This document shows, in pieces, positions 46,801-59,340 of a DNA stretch of 64,000 bases. The notes under the pieces are model-generated. The model saw only the letters and a list, made by a program, of their open reading frames with translations. It made no database searches and had not been told where the DNA came from. Both the position numbers and the translations under genes were made by a program. Source of the stretch: Lama guanicoe (taxonomy: Eukaryota); the NCBI GenBank assembly GCA_013239625.1, contig MU053216.1:2198943-2262942 (forward strand). Direction: 5' to 3'. Within the stretch, counting starts at the first letter, position 1, and every line of letters starts with the position of its first letter.

Positions 46801-48292
46801 TTGCGTTTTCGGCTGGGGCATCTCTCGCATTTGTCTGGTCCAGGGCTTCCCAGTGCTGCTCCATCAAAGCTGCACTGTGTCTTCATGACCCACTGCTCAC
46901 ATCATCCCTTCCCTGACCCCGTCCCACATTCCTGGGGGCCGAGGCAGTCTCTCCTCCCTCAGCTCTATCCGGTCTACGTTCTCTCAGACGTAAAGCTGTC
47001 TTAACCAATTACAGGTGGTCATTCCCTCAAAGACATGCTTGGGGGCACGTGGTCCATTCAGGAACTGTGTGCTGGAGCTCCCTGAATTCTCACGCCCTTT
47101 ACTGGTCAGTGAGCCCCAATACGCAAATGAGAGGCTGAATGTTGCTAAAGGGTATTTTGGTCAATTCAGGTGCATTCTTAGGCTGTAGGTATCTAGGCCA
47201 ACTTTCTTGGTTTTTGTGTATATATATTTTTGTTGCAGTGCAGTACAACTCCGTCTTCACGTGTCCTCCCCGTGTGCCTCCCTTCCTTCCCCGCCAAGGC
47301 CAGCTGTCCTGGGATTCGGTGCCCGCCCTACCCCAGGACCATCCTATCTTGAGGTTCTTCATAACATCTGCAAAGACGCTTTTTTCCAGTAAGGTCCACG
47401 TTTAAAGGCTCCAAGTAGACATGTATTTGGGGGACCACCATTCAGCCCACCGCACTCGGTTTTACAGTGACCACCTTCCAGTCTGCTCAGGCCCAGGAAG
47501 CGGGAGGGTTCTGGGAAGGGGGCGATGCTGTACGTGCGAAGGCAAGAACTGATGGTCTTCACACCATGACTTCCACTCACTGTGCTGCGGCGCCACCAGT
47601 GCCCCCAGACCCAGGACTGCCAGCTCTGCACCCTGCAGCCCCGTGTTGCCCTGTTACTGCCAGCTCTGCCCCGCAGGCCTGATCGGCATTAACTGCTTCT
47701 GGTCACGGGGTCCACGTCCTTCTGCTTTGTTGTCTGAACTTGAGGTCAGCTCTGATCGTGGAGAGACACATCACACCACAGGAGACAACATGCTGCCTGG
47801 CCTGTCAGCCCTCAGCCTTCAGAGGCTGCACTTCCCATCCCCAGATTCACCACTAAGCATGTGAGAAACAGGCGGGTGCCGCTGCCAGCGTCCTCCCTGG
47901 TCTTACCACGTTGCTGCGAGGCCTCTCATCCACACAGCAGCTCGCATGGCTCCATCGGATGCTGTTTACCGCGTTGGGCCTCCAGCTTGATGCTCGTACC
48001 TGACACCTCCTCACATTCGGGTTTTCCAGACATGTCTGTCTTCTGCTCGTCCCCAGAGATAGCCTGAGCAGGTGCTGCTCTGTCAGAGACATGTCTCCAT
48101 CTGGAAGAATGAAGTAACACTTGTGGAAGGAGATTTCTTCCTTCTGATTTCAGCTGCTTTGTTCCACGTGCTTTGCTTCAGTTTGGCCTTTGAGTGTGTG
48201 TGTGTGCTTTTAACTGAAGTAGATTTGATTTACAATGTTGGATTAGTTTCCGTTGTACTGCATAAGGATTCAGTTACACTTATATATGCATA

Positions 48293-48441
48293 NNNNNNNN
48301 NNNNNNNNNNNNNNNNNNNNNNNNNNNNNNNNNNNNNNNNNNNNNNNNNNNNNNNNNNNNNNNNNNNNNNNNNNNNNNNNNNNNNNNNNNNNNNNNNNNN
48401 NNNNNNNNNNNNNNNNNNNNNNNNNNNNNNNNNNNNNNNNN
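48293..48441. other. Assembly gap (149 N)
   Basis: Run of N; corresponds to 154 resolved bases (46002-46155) in the upstream duplicate. Confidence 1.
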
Positions 48442-49584
48442 TTCCCACTGGAACCGTAAATTTGTTTTCTATGTCTGTGAGTCTCTTTCTGTTTTGTAAA
48501 CAAGTTCATTTGTGTCATTTTTTTTAGGTTCCACATATAAGTGATATATAATATTAGTCTTTGTCTGACTTCACTTAGTGTGATAATCTCTAGGTCCATC
48601 CATGTTGGTGCAAATGGCATAATTTTATTCTTTTTCATGGCAGAGTAGCATTCCATTGTATAAATAACACCACATCTTCTTTATCCAGTCATCTGTCGTT
48701 GGACATTTAGGTTGTTTCCCTGTCTTGGCTATTGTATATAGTGCTGCTGTGAGCATTGGGGGTGCAGGTGTCTTTTTGAATTAAGAGTTCTCTCTGGATA
48801 TATGCCCAGCAGTGGGATTGCTGAATCATATGTAAGTTTATTTTTAGTTTTTCAAGGAACCTGCATACTGTGCTTCATAGTGGCTGCACCAATTTACATT
48901 CCCACCAGCAGGGTAGGAGGGCTCCCTTTTCTCCACAGCCTCTCCAGCATTTGTTGTTTGTAGACTTTTTAATGATGGCCATTCTGACCTGTATGAGGTG
49001 ATACCTCACTGTAGTTTTGATTTGCAGTTCTCTGATAGATAGTGATGCTGAGCATCTTTTCATGTGCCTGTCTGGCCTTTGCGTTTTCGGCTGGGGCATC
49101 TCTCGCATTTGTCTGGTCCAGGGCTTCCCAGTGCTGCTCCATCAAAGCTGCACTGTGTCTTCATGACCCACTGCTCACATCATCCCTTCCCTGACCCCGT
49201 CCCACATTCCTGGGGGCCGAGGCAGTCTCTCCTCCCTCAGCTCTATCCGGTCTACGTTCTCTCAGACGTAAAGCTGTCTTAACCAATTACAGGTGGTCAT
49301 TCCCTCAAAGACATGCTTGGGGGCACGTGGTCCATTCAGGAACTGTGTGCTGGAGCTCCCTGAATTCTCACGCCCTTTACTGGTCAGTGAGCCCCGTAGA
49401 GAAAAACGGATTTTCTGTCTCTGGTGCCTCGCACAGTGACTGCAAGTTCTTGGTAAACAGATAAGAGAATAAATACGCAAATGAGGGGAGAGGCTGAATG
49501 TTGCTAAAGGGTATTTTGGTCAATTCAGGTGCATTCTTAGGCTGTAGGTATCTAGGCCAACTTTCTTGGTTTTTGTGTATATAT

Positions 49585-50140
49585 ATTTTTGTTGCAGTAC
49601 AGTCAGTGTACAGTGTTGTGTCCGTTTCTGGTGTGCAGCACAGTGCTCCAGCCATGCATGGACACACACATATTCCTTTTCATAGTCTTTTTCACTGTAA
49701 GTTACTACAAGATATTGAATATAGTTCCCTGTGCTTTTTTTCCTACTTTTACTGAAGTCTCGTGGATTTGCATTCGTGTCAGGTGCACCGCAAAGCGATA
49801 CACATAAGCGTTTTCTTTTCAGATCTTTTACATTATATGTTATTGTAAGAAACTGTGTATGGTCCCTGTGCTCTGCAGTAGGTCCTGTTCATTTGATATA
49901 CGGTCGTGTGTCTGTTGATCCCCAGCCTCTAATTTATCCTTCCCTGCCCTTTCCCCTTTGGTGGCCATACTTTGTTGACTACGTCCGTGAGTCTGTTTTT
50001 GGTTTGTAAATAGGATTTGTATCATTTTTTTAGACTCTACAGATAAGCAAGATCAAATGGTACTTGTCTTTGTCTGACTTCACCTGGTATGACGATTTCC
50101 GGGTCCATCCGTGTTGCTGCCAGGGGTGTCATTTCATTCG
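49585..50140 (-). mobile_element. Two consecutive short L1 3' ends (about 49585-49735 and 49740-50140)
   Basis: gttgcagtacagtcag...atattgaatatagttccctgtgct, followed by a second ctgaagt...gtccatccgtgttgctgc. Confidence 0.8.
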
Positions 50141-50259
50141 TAAGTGATGTCATATGATACTCAATCACATCACTTGCTTACTATTACAAAATAAAACTAA
50201 GCCGCTATTCTAAGGAAAACTAATAGTTGAAGCCTAACTCAATACTCGAAGAGGAAGTG

Positions 50260-51540
50260 GCCGAGCGTTAGCTCCTCTCAGAGGTGGCGCCCACCCCCGC
50301 ACCCCCAGACCGTGTAGAGATCAGGCGCTGTCTGCACGCGAGCCCCTCGGAAGCGCTCTGTTGCGGGCCCGTGCCGGCCGGGCCCTCCGACGCTTCCCGG
50401 GGCGGCCTGCCGACGTGACGTGGTGCACGCGCTGCCCCGGGGTGCCGTGCTGTTGGCACGGCTCGTCCGCGCCGTCGCAGGCGGGGGGGGGGGGAGGGGG
50501 CGGCCCGGGGCGGAGGGCCCGTGTGGGTGGTGAGCGCCGCAGGCGGACGCGGAGCGCCTCGTCCACAGTCTCGTTAGCACCAAAGTCAAAGGGAAGGGGA
50601 GAGGTGGCTCGTCGTCTGGGCTTCCCTGTTCTGCTTCCTGTACCGCAAAGCCAGCCTCTGAACGCCACGGTCTTCACTGCAACACGCTTGGTTTTGAGCC
50701 CGCACCTTGATGGACGCCTGGTGCGCGCTGCGTGCACTGTTTCTTTCCCGTCTGTGTGGTGGGAGCAAACAGTACGTTATCCATTATTATGTCTCACATT
50801 TTATTAGGTGCACCTCTGCTCTTGTCCATCTGCAGAGCAAATTAACTGAAATGAGGAAGAAGGGGATGGGTCTCATGCAGGACAGCGGGAACAATGAAAT
50901 TACCATCCCAGAAACAGCAGAGCCCTGCGCCTCAGGGCCCTCGGCAGGCGGCCTGCGGGGTTGACAGCGCGCCTTCGGCCGCGGCGTGCCGCTGAGTCCT
51001 CCCGCCGCGCGTCGGGGGCTGTTCGCTGCCTGGGGCTCGGCGTGGACTCCGGTGGACAGAGTTGGTTCTCACGTTGTGTACAGGTTTAGATTTTTAACAT
51101 TTACTTCTAATGAATGGAAAATATTTTCTGTGTTAAAAGAGGCTGTAAAAGGAAAGCCGATGCACGTAGAACACCTGGATTGAGAGCTGGCAGATGCCTA
51201 CCCTGGGCGACGGCGCTGGCGCGCTGCCCCCTTTCTGCCAGGTCTCCTCTCCGGGGAACCGGCAGGGCTGCTCGACATCCCACCGGCCGCCCGCGAGCAG
51301 CCTTCGGCCCTCGCCGGGCGCCGCCCTGCGTGCCTCTCACGCAGCTCGCGGGCGCTCAGAGCGACCCTGCGAAGCGGGGTCTGTGATCGGCTCTCCTTTC
51401 GTAGCTCGTGGGAGCGGCAGGGCGGGAGCAGAGCGCGCTCCAGGCCACTCGGGCCACTCGGCCAGGAGCGCTGTGGCAGGACTGGGGTCCGCAGGGCGGT
51501 TCTGGCCTGGGGCCCACGTGCCTCGTCGCTCCCCTCACGT
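50260..51540. promoter_or_regulatory. Orphan CpG island (lobes at about 50260-50740 and 50920-51540)
   Basis: Dense CpG; GC boxes at 50497-50513; G12 run 50483-50494; no linked coding exon found. Confidence 0.65.
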
Positions 51541-53060
51541 CTTCAAGTACCTCAGTGACTGTATTCACTGTTGTGTAGGAAGGGAAGGTGTTATTGAAAA
51601 ACAAGCACCTAATTTTGTATTAAATTGGCTTTCTTGTCCAGAATCAGTAGGAGCTGTACATTCGTACACCAAGCCAGTGTGAATCTGGGTTTAAGTCTTT
51701 CATGAAACACTTTCTTGAAACTACCATGAGTCATTGCAACAGAGAGAACGCAGATAGGACCGCGTGGCTGAACATTCTTGTCTTTAGTTAGTCTTAGACA
51801 GAATTTCCATTTCTTAATGACTTTGGACTGATGCAGCCACAGCAGGTGAAGTATTTTGTGGGGATACTGATTGCTAAGATGGCGTGAGAGCACAGGGCGC
51901 CTGTATACCTCTTGTGTGTCTGTCTGCTGGGCTGTTACTGCGGAAGAAATGAGAGCATATGTTTGGCTACATTACAAAGAATCGGACTCGGTCTGGCGTG
52001 GAGAGGATGCTAGAGTTATCTGCTCAAGATGGTGCTGACTGGGCGCTGGGTGAGGATGTGGCCACCGGGAAAACTTTAGAGTGGTAGAAAAAAATGTTAC
52101 TTGCTAGTAAAATTTTTCTGAGTGAGCACCGCTGTATAGTGAGAACATATTTGAGTCCATTTGTAACATATGGACTCAAAAGGCCGGATGTGGAATCCAG
52201 GATCCACCATTTCATTGCCACATGATCCTGGAAAAACAATTTTATCCTTCAGATTTGTTATTCATAAAAATGTGGTTAATAATAGTAATGTATCTTAAAG
52301 ATGGTTACGACGATCCGCACGTGTGTGTTTTGTACACTCCAGCACGATTTGCAGGTAGGTTACCGTTGGGATTGTCATGAAGTGTTTGTCAGGCACTGCC
52401 CCTCCCCGTCAGGGTGCGATGCTCCTGTCTCCAGCTTTCAACTTTACACTTTTTTCCTGCATCTTAAGGCTCAGAGTGATATTTTCCAGGTTTTTAATAT
52501 TCTGATTAAAGACGTGGTTTTAACAAACAACACATGCTCTAGTGGAAGAGGGAACAAAGTGAAACTGGGAAAAGGCTAATAGGAAAGACAAAGTTCGAAG
52601 GAATGAGACAGTGGAGCGATCATCTTCTGATATTTGTGGCCCGCTAGGTTCTGGGATGGTCTGTTATATGTCGGTAACACCACTTGCTGCTGCGTGGGGT
52701 TCCTCTCAGGCTGTCAGTCACAGGATCTCCCCCCAGGAGGGGTGGCCTTGTGACCCAGACATGAGCCTTACTTTGTCCATTGACCAAAGGAGTCGAGTCC
52801 TTCCCTGCAGTTCCATTGACCCCTAAAGAGAAAAGCTCTCTCTTCACTTCTGGGTCAGTAGATGGGACAACAGAAACATGGGGCGCTCTGTGGCTGCACC
52901 CCCACCCCGAGCCCCACTGCACTGCGTAGAAGCGTGTCTGTGGGAGGAGGGGAGGAGGCGAGCACACACGGAGACGGCGGACGCAGAAAGCCTCCGCCGA
53001 CAGCCGGGTTCTGGGCTGGGAGCGGCGTCCCCGAGTCCCAGTCCGCCTCTGACCTGCCCC

Positions 53061-54080
53061 TTCATCCGTCAGATCCTTGCCGAGTGCCTGCCACGTCGAG
53101 TGCCAAGCGCTGTTCCAGATTCTGGGGATGCAGAACAGTTAACAGTGCTGGCCTCGTGGAATGTACATTCTAGCAGGGAGAGACGAACGATAAACGTGTT
53201 AAGTGAGCAAGTTACATGGTGTGTCAGAGGGTGGTCAGTCCTGCGGGACGGAGGGGATGGAGGAAGGTGAGGAAGGAAGGAGCAGAGCTGGGAGAAGGGG
53301 AGCAGGCGGGTTTTGGTTTAAAGAAGAGCCCAGGCGGGCGCTGGAGCAGATACCTGACACACTTGAAAGAGGTGATGGAGTGAGCCAAGTGGGCGTCTGG
53401 GGAGAGTGGTCCAGGGAGCTGGAACGGCGAGTGAGTGCCGGGTGGACCAGGTGGCCGGCGCGGCTGGGGCTGAGGGAGGGGAGACCTGAAAGGGAAAGGG
53501 TCTGAGAAGCAAAGGGGTTGTCCAGGTGGTGTGGGGCCACGTAGCCCTCGTGGGAGCTCTGTTTTTATCTGTGTGAAATGAGCAGCCACCGCGAGGTTTT
53601 GTGCGGCAGAGTGAAATAATCCGACTTACACATTTAAAGGATTTCTCGAGAGGGATGATGAGGGTGAGCAGCAGCGGAAGCGCAGTGAGAGGCTGACAAG
53701 GAGGCTGCGTCTGCAGTCCAGGGAGGAGGTCACTGCGGGTGACTCAGACCAGGGTGAGAAAGTGGCTGAACGTGCACCTGGATCCAGGGCCAGCAGGGAG
53801 TCCTGAGGGGCTGGGTGGAAGCAGGAAGGGAGGGGAGGCTCACTCATGACAGCTTCCCCCCACCCCCGAGCAGCCAGCAAATGGCACTGCTGTTCACGGA
53901 GGCGGGAAGGGAGGGGGCAGGGCAGGAGCTTAGCTTTGCCCAGGACGAGTGTGTCACCTGAGCAGATACGTGGTGAGGAGCTAGATGTGCGAGTCTGGAG
54001 TGAGGAAGCTTAGTGGGCGAGGGAGTGAAAGTGGCGTCTAGTGGCAGGAGCGGGGATGAGCTGGCCAAGGCAGGACTGCA
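53061..54080 (-). mobile_element. L2a-like 3' fragment, about 1 kb
   Basis: ttcatccgtcagat...gtgccaagcgctgttccagattctggggatgcag...tacattctagcagggagagac...gacttacacatttaaaggatttctc. Confidence 0.8.
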
Positions 54081-57000
54081 GGTCGAGGGCCGCGGGCGGC
54101 GCGCGGGCTGGGCCCCCGCCAGCAGCTCCCGGTGCCGTGGGGGCTTCCTCTGAGCCGTGCCAGCCAGCGGGTTGACTGGAGCCGCGCCGGTCCCAGCCTG
54201 GGCTGAGAGCCCTGCCTCCGCCAGGGAGGGTCCTCTCCGATGGGACCTGCGCAGCCAACAGTGAAACGGACGTTGAGCCTGGCACGGCACAAGTTTTATT
54301 CCGGGGTCAAAGAATGGAGAAGCGGGAACCTAGTGCGCAAGGCAACTTCTCCACGGAACATTCACGAGAACAGGGCTGTGGTCTGGGCCCAGGACGGAGG
54401 CACCTCTCCTTTGCGGTCCCCTATGGGCTTTTCTGGTTGTTGCCATGGCAGCTGCCCTGTCAGGGCGCTGGTGGGAGTGTCATTTAGCAGCTTGTGCCTT
54501 ACAGGGAGCGTGTAATGAGACTCAAGGTCCACTGGACGTCAGATCTTCTGCCACCTTGGGCCCTGCTGGTCTAGTCAGTTCTGGTGTTTCTCTTAGCAGC
54601 TGCCTCCTGAAACTTGGATAAGAGGAACTGGTTTCCACTGGAGGGAGGGGCAGCAGCCTTGGTAACAGAAGGGCTGAGCTGTGAAGCTGGAGGCACGCCC
54701 AGAGCGGGGGGTGGGGGGCTCCATCAGGCAAGTGAAGGGAGTGCATCGGGGGCGGGGGAGGAACAACCGTTGTCACGTGGGCCAGCGTGGAAACAACTGA
54801 TGACCCTGAAAGGTGACATTTCCTGGAAGTGGTTCACTGAAGTAGCCGCGGCAAAAGCTCGATTAAGGTGCAGCCAGCAGATGACGGGAGGAGGGGGAGG
54901 CTGAGAGCGAGGATGGACAACTCCATTGTAGAGTTTTGCTTCAAAGGGAAATAATTAAATAAGGGAGCATTTGGCTGGGGACAAGGATTCCATTTTTTAA
55001 AAATTACTTTATTTTTTAAGACAAAAGAAATCATAAAATATTTTTAAGACCATGAGGAAGAAAGAGAAAAATTGGTGCTACATGAGTGAGAAGGAAGAAT
55101 TGCTGGATCCCGTTCCTCAGGCAGGAGAGAGAAGGATGGCGCTGAGAGCACAGGCTCGGAGGGTTTTATAGGAAAACAGGTGGTCCATGTCTAGTAACAG
55201 GAGGGAGGCGGGGTCTACGGCAGCAGATGCTGTGACGGGTTAGACAGAGGAGGCCGCAGGGCAGGCATGTTCCCTTCCCAGTTACTTGAGCCAGCGAATT
55301 TGACGTAGGCCAGTTGTCAGTAGTCCCCGATGTAGCCCACAGTCTCTGAGAGAACAAGCAAGGGCACTTAAGTAACGTCCCAGGTCACGTCGCTCATGCC
55401 GCAGCACAGTGCCATTGCAGCGGCACTGGGTTTAGCCGGGTCCTGGAGCTTGCTTTTGGCCCCGGGAAAGTCTTATCTGACCCAGGCCTGTAAAGAGCTG
55501 CTGCTTCATCGCTCTTGCAGCCGTTTGATGAGTGACTAATAGACATCGCCTGGTGAAAAGAAGACATGTGACAACATCAGTGAAGGAGGGTTGCTTGGCG
55601 CTTTGCTGCCTTGTGGCAGGAGGGCTCCTTTAGGCCACAGGGATCTGGGGACTCCTGTAAAGAGTGACAAGCGGAGAGCGGAAGGCTGGGGAGAAGCTTT
55701 TGAGGCATTGACAACAATGCTGAGGCATTGTAGACGAGGTAGGAGAGAGCACAGAAGCGCGAGGGAGGGAATGGAGACCAGGGGCTGGGCGGGGACGCCA
55801 GAAGGAACTTGACCTGCAGTGAGCGTAGGACACAGATGGAGCCAGATTGTGGGGCTTCTGACGTGGGATTTAAATACAAGTAGCTAGTGTTCTGAAGCAC
55901 AAATGCGGGGTGTGTGTGTGGGGGCGTGAGTCATATTTAAAACACTGATGGTCATAAAAACATTTATGTCCGTTAAAATACTTCAACATATACAATCTCA
56001 TTTAGTCCTCACAGACGAAATGCTTTTTTTTTTACTGTGAGTCAATTCTTTTCACATAAAGACCATTTACAACCAAGATACCATCTTACACTTAAGTTAT
56101 TTATAGTCAATAATTTATTAATATGGATTTATTAGCCAGTGTGCCAATTTTTTCCCCTGTCTTTAATTTTAGCACATATAATGGTAAAAGAAGCTCACAG
56201 ATTACAAAAAGTGATACTTAAGGACTCAGCACAATTTCACAGGAAGAAAATTTATTTCATGTTGCAAATGCAAATTTTAGCAATGAGTCTGTAGAAGTTA
56301 CTTTTCTAGGACTGATTCCAAAGCATTATTTCAACTACTGGAGATAAAACACATTGTTTATCAGGACGTGATATTTCAGAAATGTCACAGATGAGAAACA
56401 CATGTCAAAGGTACCACATTTGTTTAATTTCATTGGTTACAAGCTCACAGACTAAATGATTTTTATTTCTTAAAAGGTGACATTTTAATTGATATGCTAC
56501 AAATGAGGAGACAAGTCAACGGGACCTGCCTGCCAAGTCAGTACACCCAGTGAGTGGGAGCGCTGCGCTGAGTCCCCGCCTCTGCTTCTAAGACCACTTT
56601 CTCTCCACTGGACCAGGGTTCAGAGAACATCTCCTAAAATGTGCAAACATGACACATGATTTGGGAATACAATCTTTTATACTGTGACACAGAAAAATAT
56701 GAAACAATCCAAAAATTAATGATCACTGGAAAAAGAAAACACGATCATGGGTTAAAGCATTAGATACATACTTCGGTGGGCAATTTTTATGACAAATGTT
56801 AAGTTTGACTTTATCCTGTTGCCAGGATTTCTTCAATCTATTGGACCCTGAAAGTAATCATAGTTTGAAATACATGTATACACACTTGAAAATCAGCAGA
56901 GAAACCTATGCTTCAGAAGAGAAGGCTGAAAGATAATTTGTATTAGTAAGTGCCTTACCCCAATTTAAAAAGTCTCTATCTTAAATTATAAATATTTTGG

Positions 57001-57779
57001 GAGGTGGAACCAGCTTGCTTTGCACAGTGCCTTCTACTTATTCAAGTTTTCTTATGAGAAAGAGTTCCAAGCCCGGCATCGTTCACCATGTTCCGAAGTT
57101 ACTGGCAGCAGAGGGGACGTGGAGCCCCGCCCCTGCGTCCCCGTGTGTGACGTCTCTCCCGGGCTGCGTGCGGCTGTAGACAGTGACCACGTGGACACCG
57201 GGAGTGGTTTCCACTTATGCCTTAATTGCCTGTTCTTTATTTAGGGGGTGTAATTGAAGATTTGCTCTTAACGGAACTGTATGCTTGGTGCTGCAGGGAA
57301 AAAGATGACCCCTGTCATCTGAGGCTGTAAATGATTAGTACAGACATAAAAATCAAGCTGCAGTAACGCAGGGCGGGATGTGGCGACGGTGAGGAGAGCT
57401 GCTGTTTGTCGAGCAACCATGACATCCTAGTCTGTTCCTGCGTTTCCACGTGCTGTCTCTGGTCCTGTCAGTGACGCTGAGCAGCGGGAACTGTCGTCAG
57501 AAACGAAGAGGTAAAGCCCTGGGCCATGAGACAAGTGGCCTGTGGTTGTGAGGCAGGAAAGGGCAAAGCCAGGGTTCAGCTGTCTCTCTGTGAAGTGGAA
57601 GCTTGTGGACACGTGCACACCTACTATGCGTGTGTGCGTGAAGTCATTCTGCACGAAATGCCCCTGTCCTCTACGTCTGCCGACTCACCTATCGACCGGC
57701 TGATCTGTCGCTCTCCCTCTCTGCTCGGCAACAGAGGTGCACACACGTTCACAATATAGATTACTTTTTAGCTCTAGAG

Positions 57780-58290
57780 TGTAGTTTGTAATTTTGAATA
57801 TTCTGTTATTTATAAAAGAAAATATATAGAAGTAAAAGAAAAACAAAAATCTGAGAGCTTGTCAGAGATAGTCATCATTCATATTTTAGAATTATTTCTG
57901 TCTTTATAGACTTGTGTGCATTTAATTGTATATATACATATTTTTATATGTTTTATGTGCGTTTAACTTTTGTGGTGCCAAGTTGTGGTCATGTTATCTA
58001 TACAAACCACATTATATATACACACACACATAAGTGCTTTTTCACTTAATTTTTAAGTTTTTCATAGGTAATTTTCAGTTATCAAATAACCTTTGAAAGC
58101 ATCCCTTATTAAGATTTATATAATAGCCCATGTTAAGGTTTTCCCACAATTTAATTTTTCCTTTTGTTGGACTCTGTGTTTTTGATTTTGTACTCTTGTA
58201 AGTAATTCTGCGTGAAATACCCTTGTGTGATGAATTTGCTTCAGGACTGACTCCACCTTGGGAATGTGTTCTGGGAGGAGTCATTGTTCC
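57780..58290 (-). mobile_element. Old L1 (L1ME-like) 3' end
   Basis: gctttttcacttaat...taaggttttccca...ttcaggactgactcc. Confidence 0.5.
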
Positions 58291-58649
58291 ATCTGAGTCG
58301 GTGGTGCCTCCGAGGCTTTATGCAGGGCGCTGACTTGCTCTATGTTCGCTGTGCTTGGTCTCCTGGGGGGATTCAGCGGAGTCTGAGCAGGACTCGCAGC
58401 TCAGCACCCATCGCCGTAGCTCAGGGTGGGCACCAAGGGCTCCCTTGGGCTTTGGGGATCGTCAGAGGGGAAGGTGGTTCTGCCCCAGTCGGATGTGCGC
58501 AGGAGGGGCGCACGGATTCTCCTCTGCGCGAGGGGACCACTCGTGCGCAGGGTCTGCCCGCAGCCCCCAGGCCAACTCCCAGGTGAAATCAGCCCTTCCC
58601 CGAGGAGCCCTCGCTGCATTTTGGTGACACACTCCGCTGCCCGAGCCAT

Positions 58650-59340
58650 CAGGCTGGGGTTAGGTCTTCACTGCGGCTTGTTCAGGGAGAGGCTCACATT
58701 GAAAGCTTCTGCCTCTGTGAAACGAGGATAATACCACAGGCATCGCGTGGGTTTGTTGGGCTTAAATGACACGATGCACATAAGCAGTATAGTGTCTGCT
58801 CGTGACAGACTCGCGCTCAGGGCAACTGTTGTCGCCATGTTTGCGTGTGGCAAGGACCGAGGGGTCAGGCCAGTGCTCGTCCCCGCCTGGAGCGGTTCCG
58901 GACCTTCATTCGCAGGGATGGATGAAGATGCAGAGCGCCGGGGTGTGGGAGGCAACAGTGGGTGGGAGGGATGGAGAGAAACAGTGCTAATATTTCCTGC
59001 CTTCTCTTGACTTGCTTTCTGGGCCAGCCACTGTGTCCACTGCTGTATGTATCAATTTCACCCTGCAAGGCAGGGGCTGATATTACTTGTATTTTTCAGA
59101 TGAGAAATTGGGGCAAAACGAAACAGAATAGTTTGCTTAACAATTTGTCAAGAGAAGTTAAATATGGCACTTTTCTGCTCGACATTTACAGGGTCTTCGT
59201 CGATTCTCTCAGTAACTCTCGAAGGTAGTTATTGAAGTAAATACTGTCACCCTCCTTCACAAATGAGGAAACCAGGACTGAAATGGAGTCAGGGAAGTGT
59301 CCCTGGTTCCACGGCTGGAAGGATGGCTGCCCTCAGACCC
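58650..59340. mobile_element. MIR fragments (plus at about 58650-58810; minus at about 59020-59340)
   Basis: ctctgtgaaacgaggataataccacagg; tttcagatgagaaattgggg; tcacaaatgaggaaaccaggact. Confidence 0.55.

Larger units (their letters stand above)
44958..49601 (+). repeat. Near-identical 2.3-kb tandem duplication (copy 1 44958-47247, copy 2 47249-49601)
   Basis: Identical ORF translations at offsets 2291, 2285 and 2278; copy 2 contains the N gap. Confidence 0.97.

Noticed and set aside
48072..48656. ORFs containing X runs
   Set aside because: Read-through of the N gap
50278..51682. GC-rich ORFs of 100-160 aa in the CpG island
   Set aside because: Low complexity, mostly non-ATG starts, no recognisable homology
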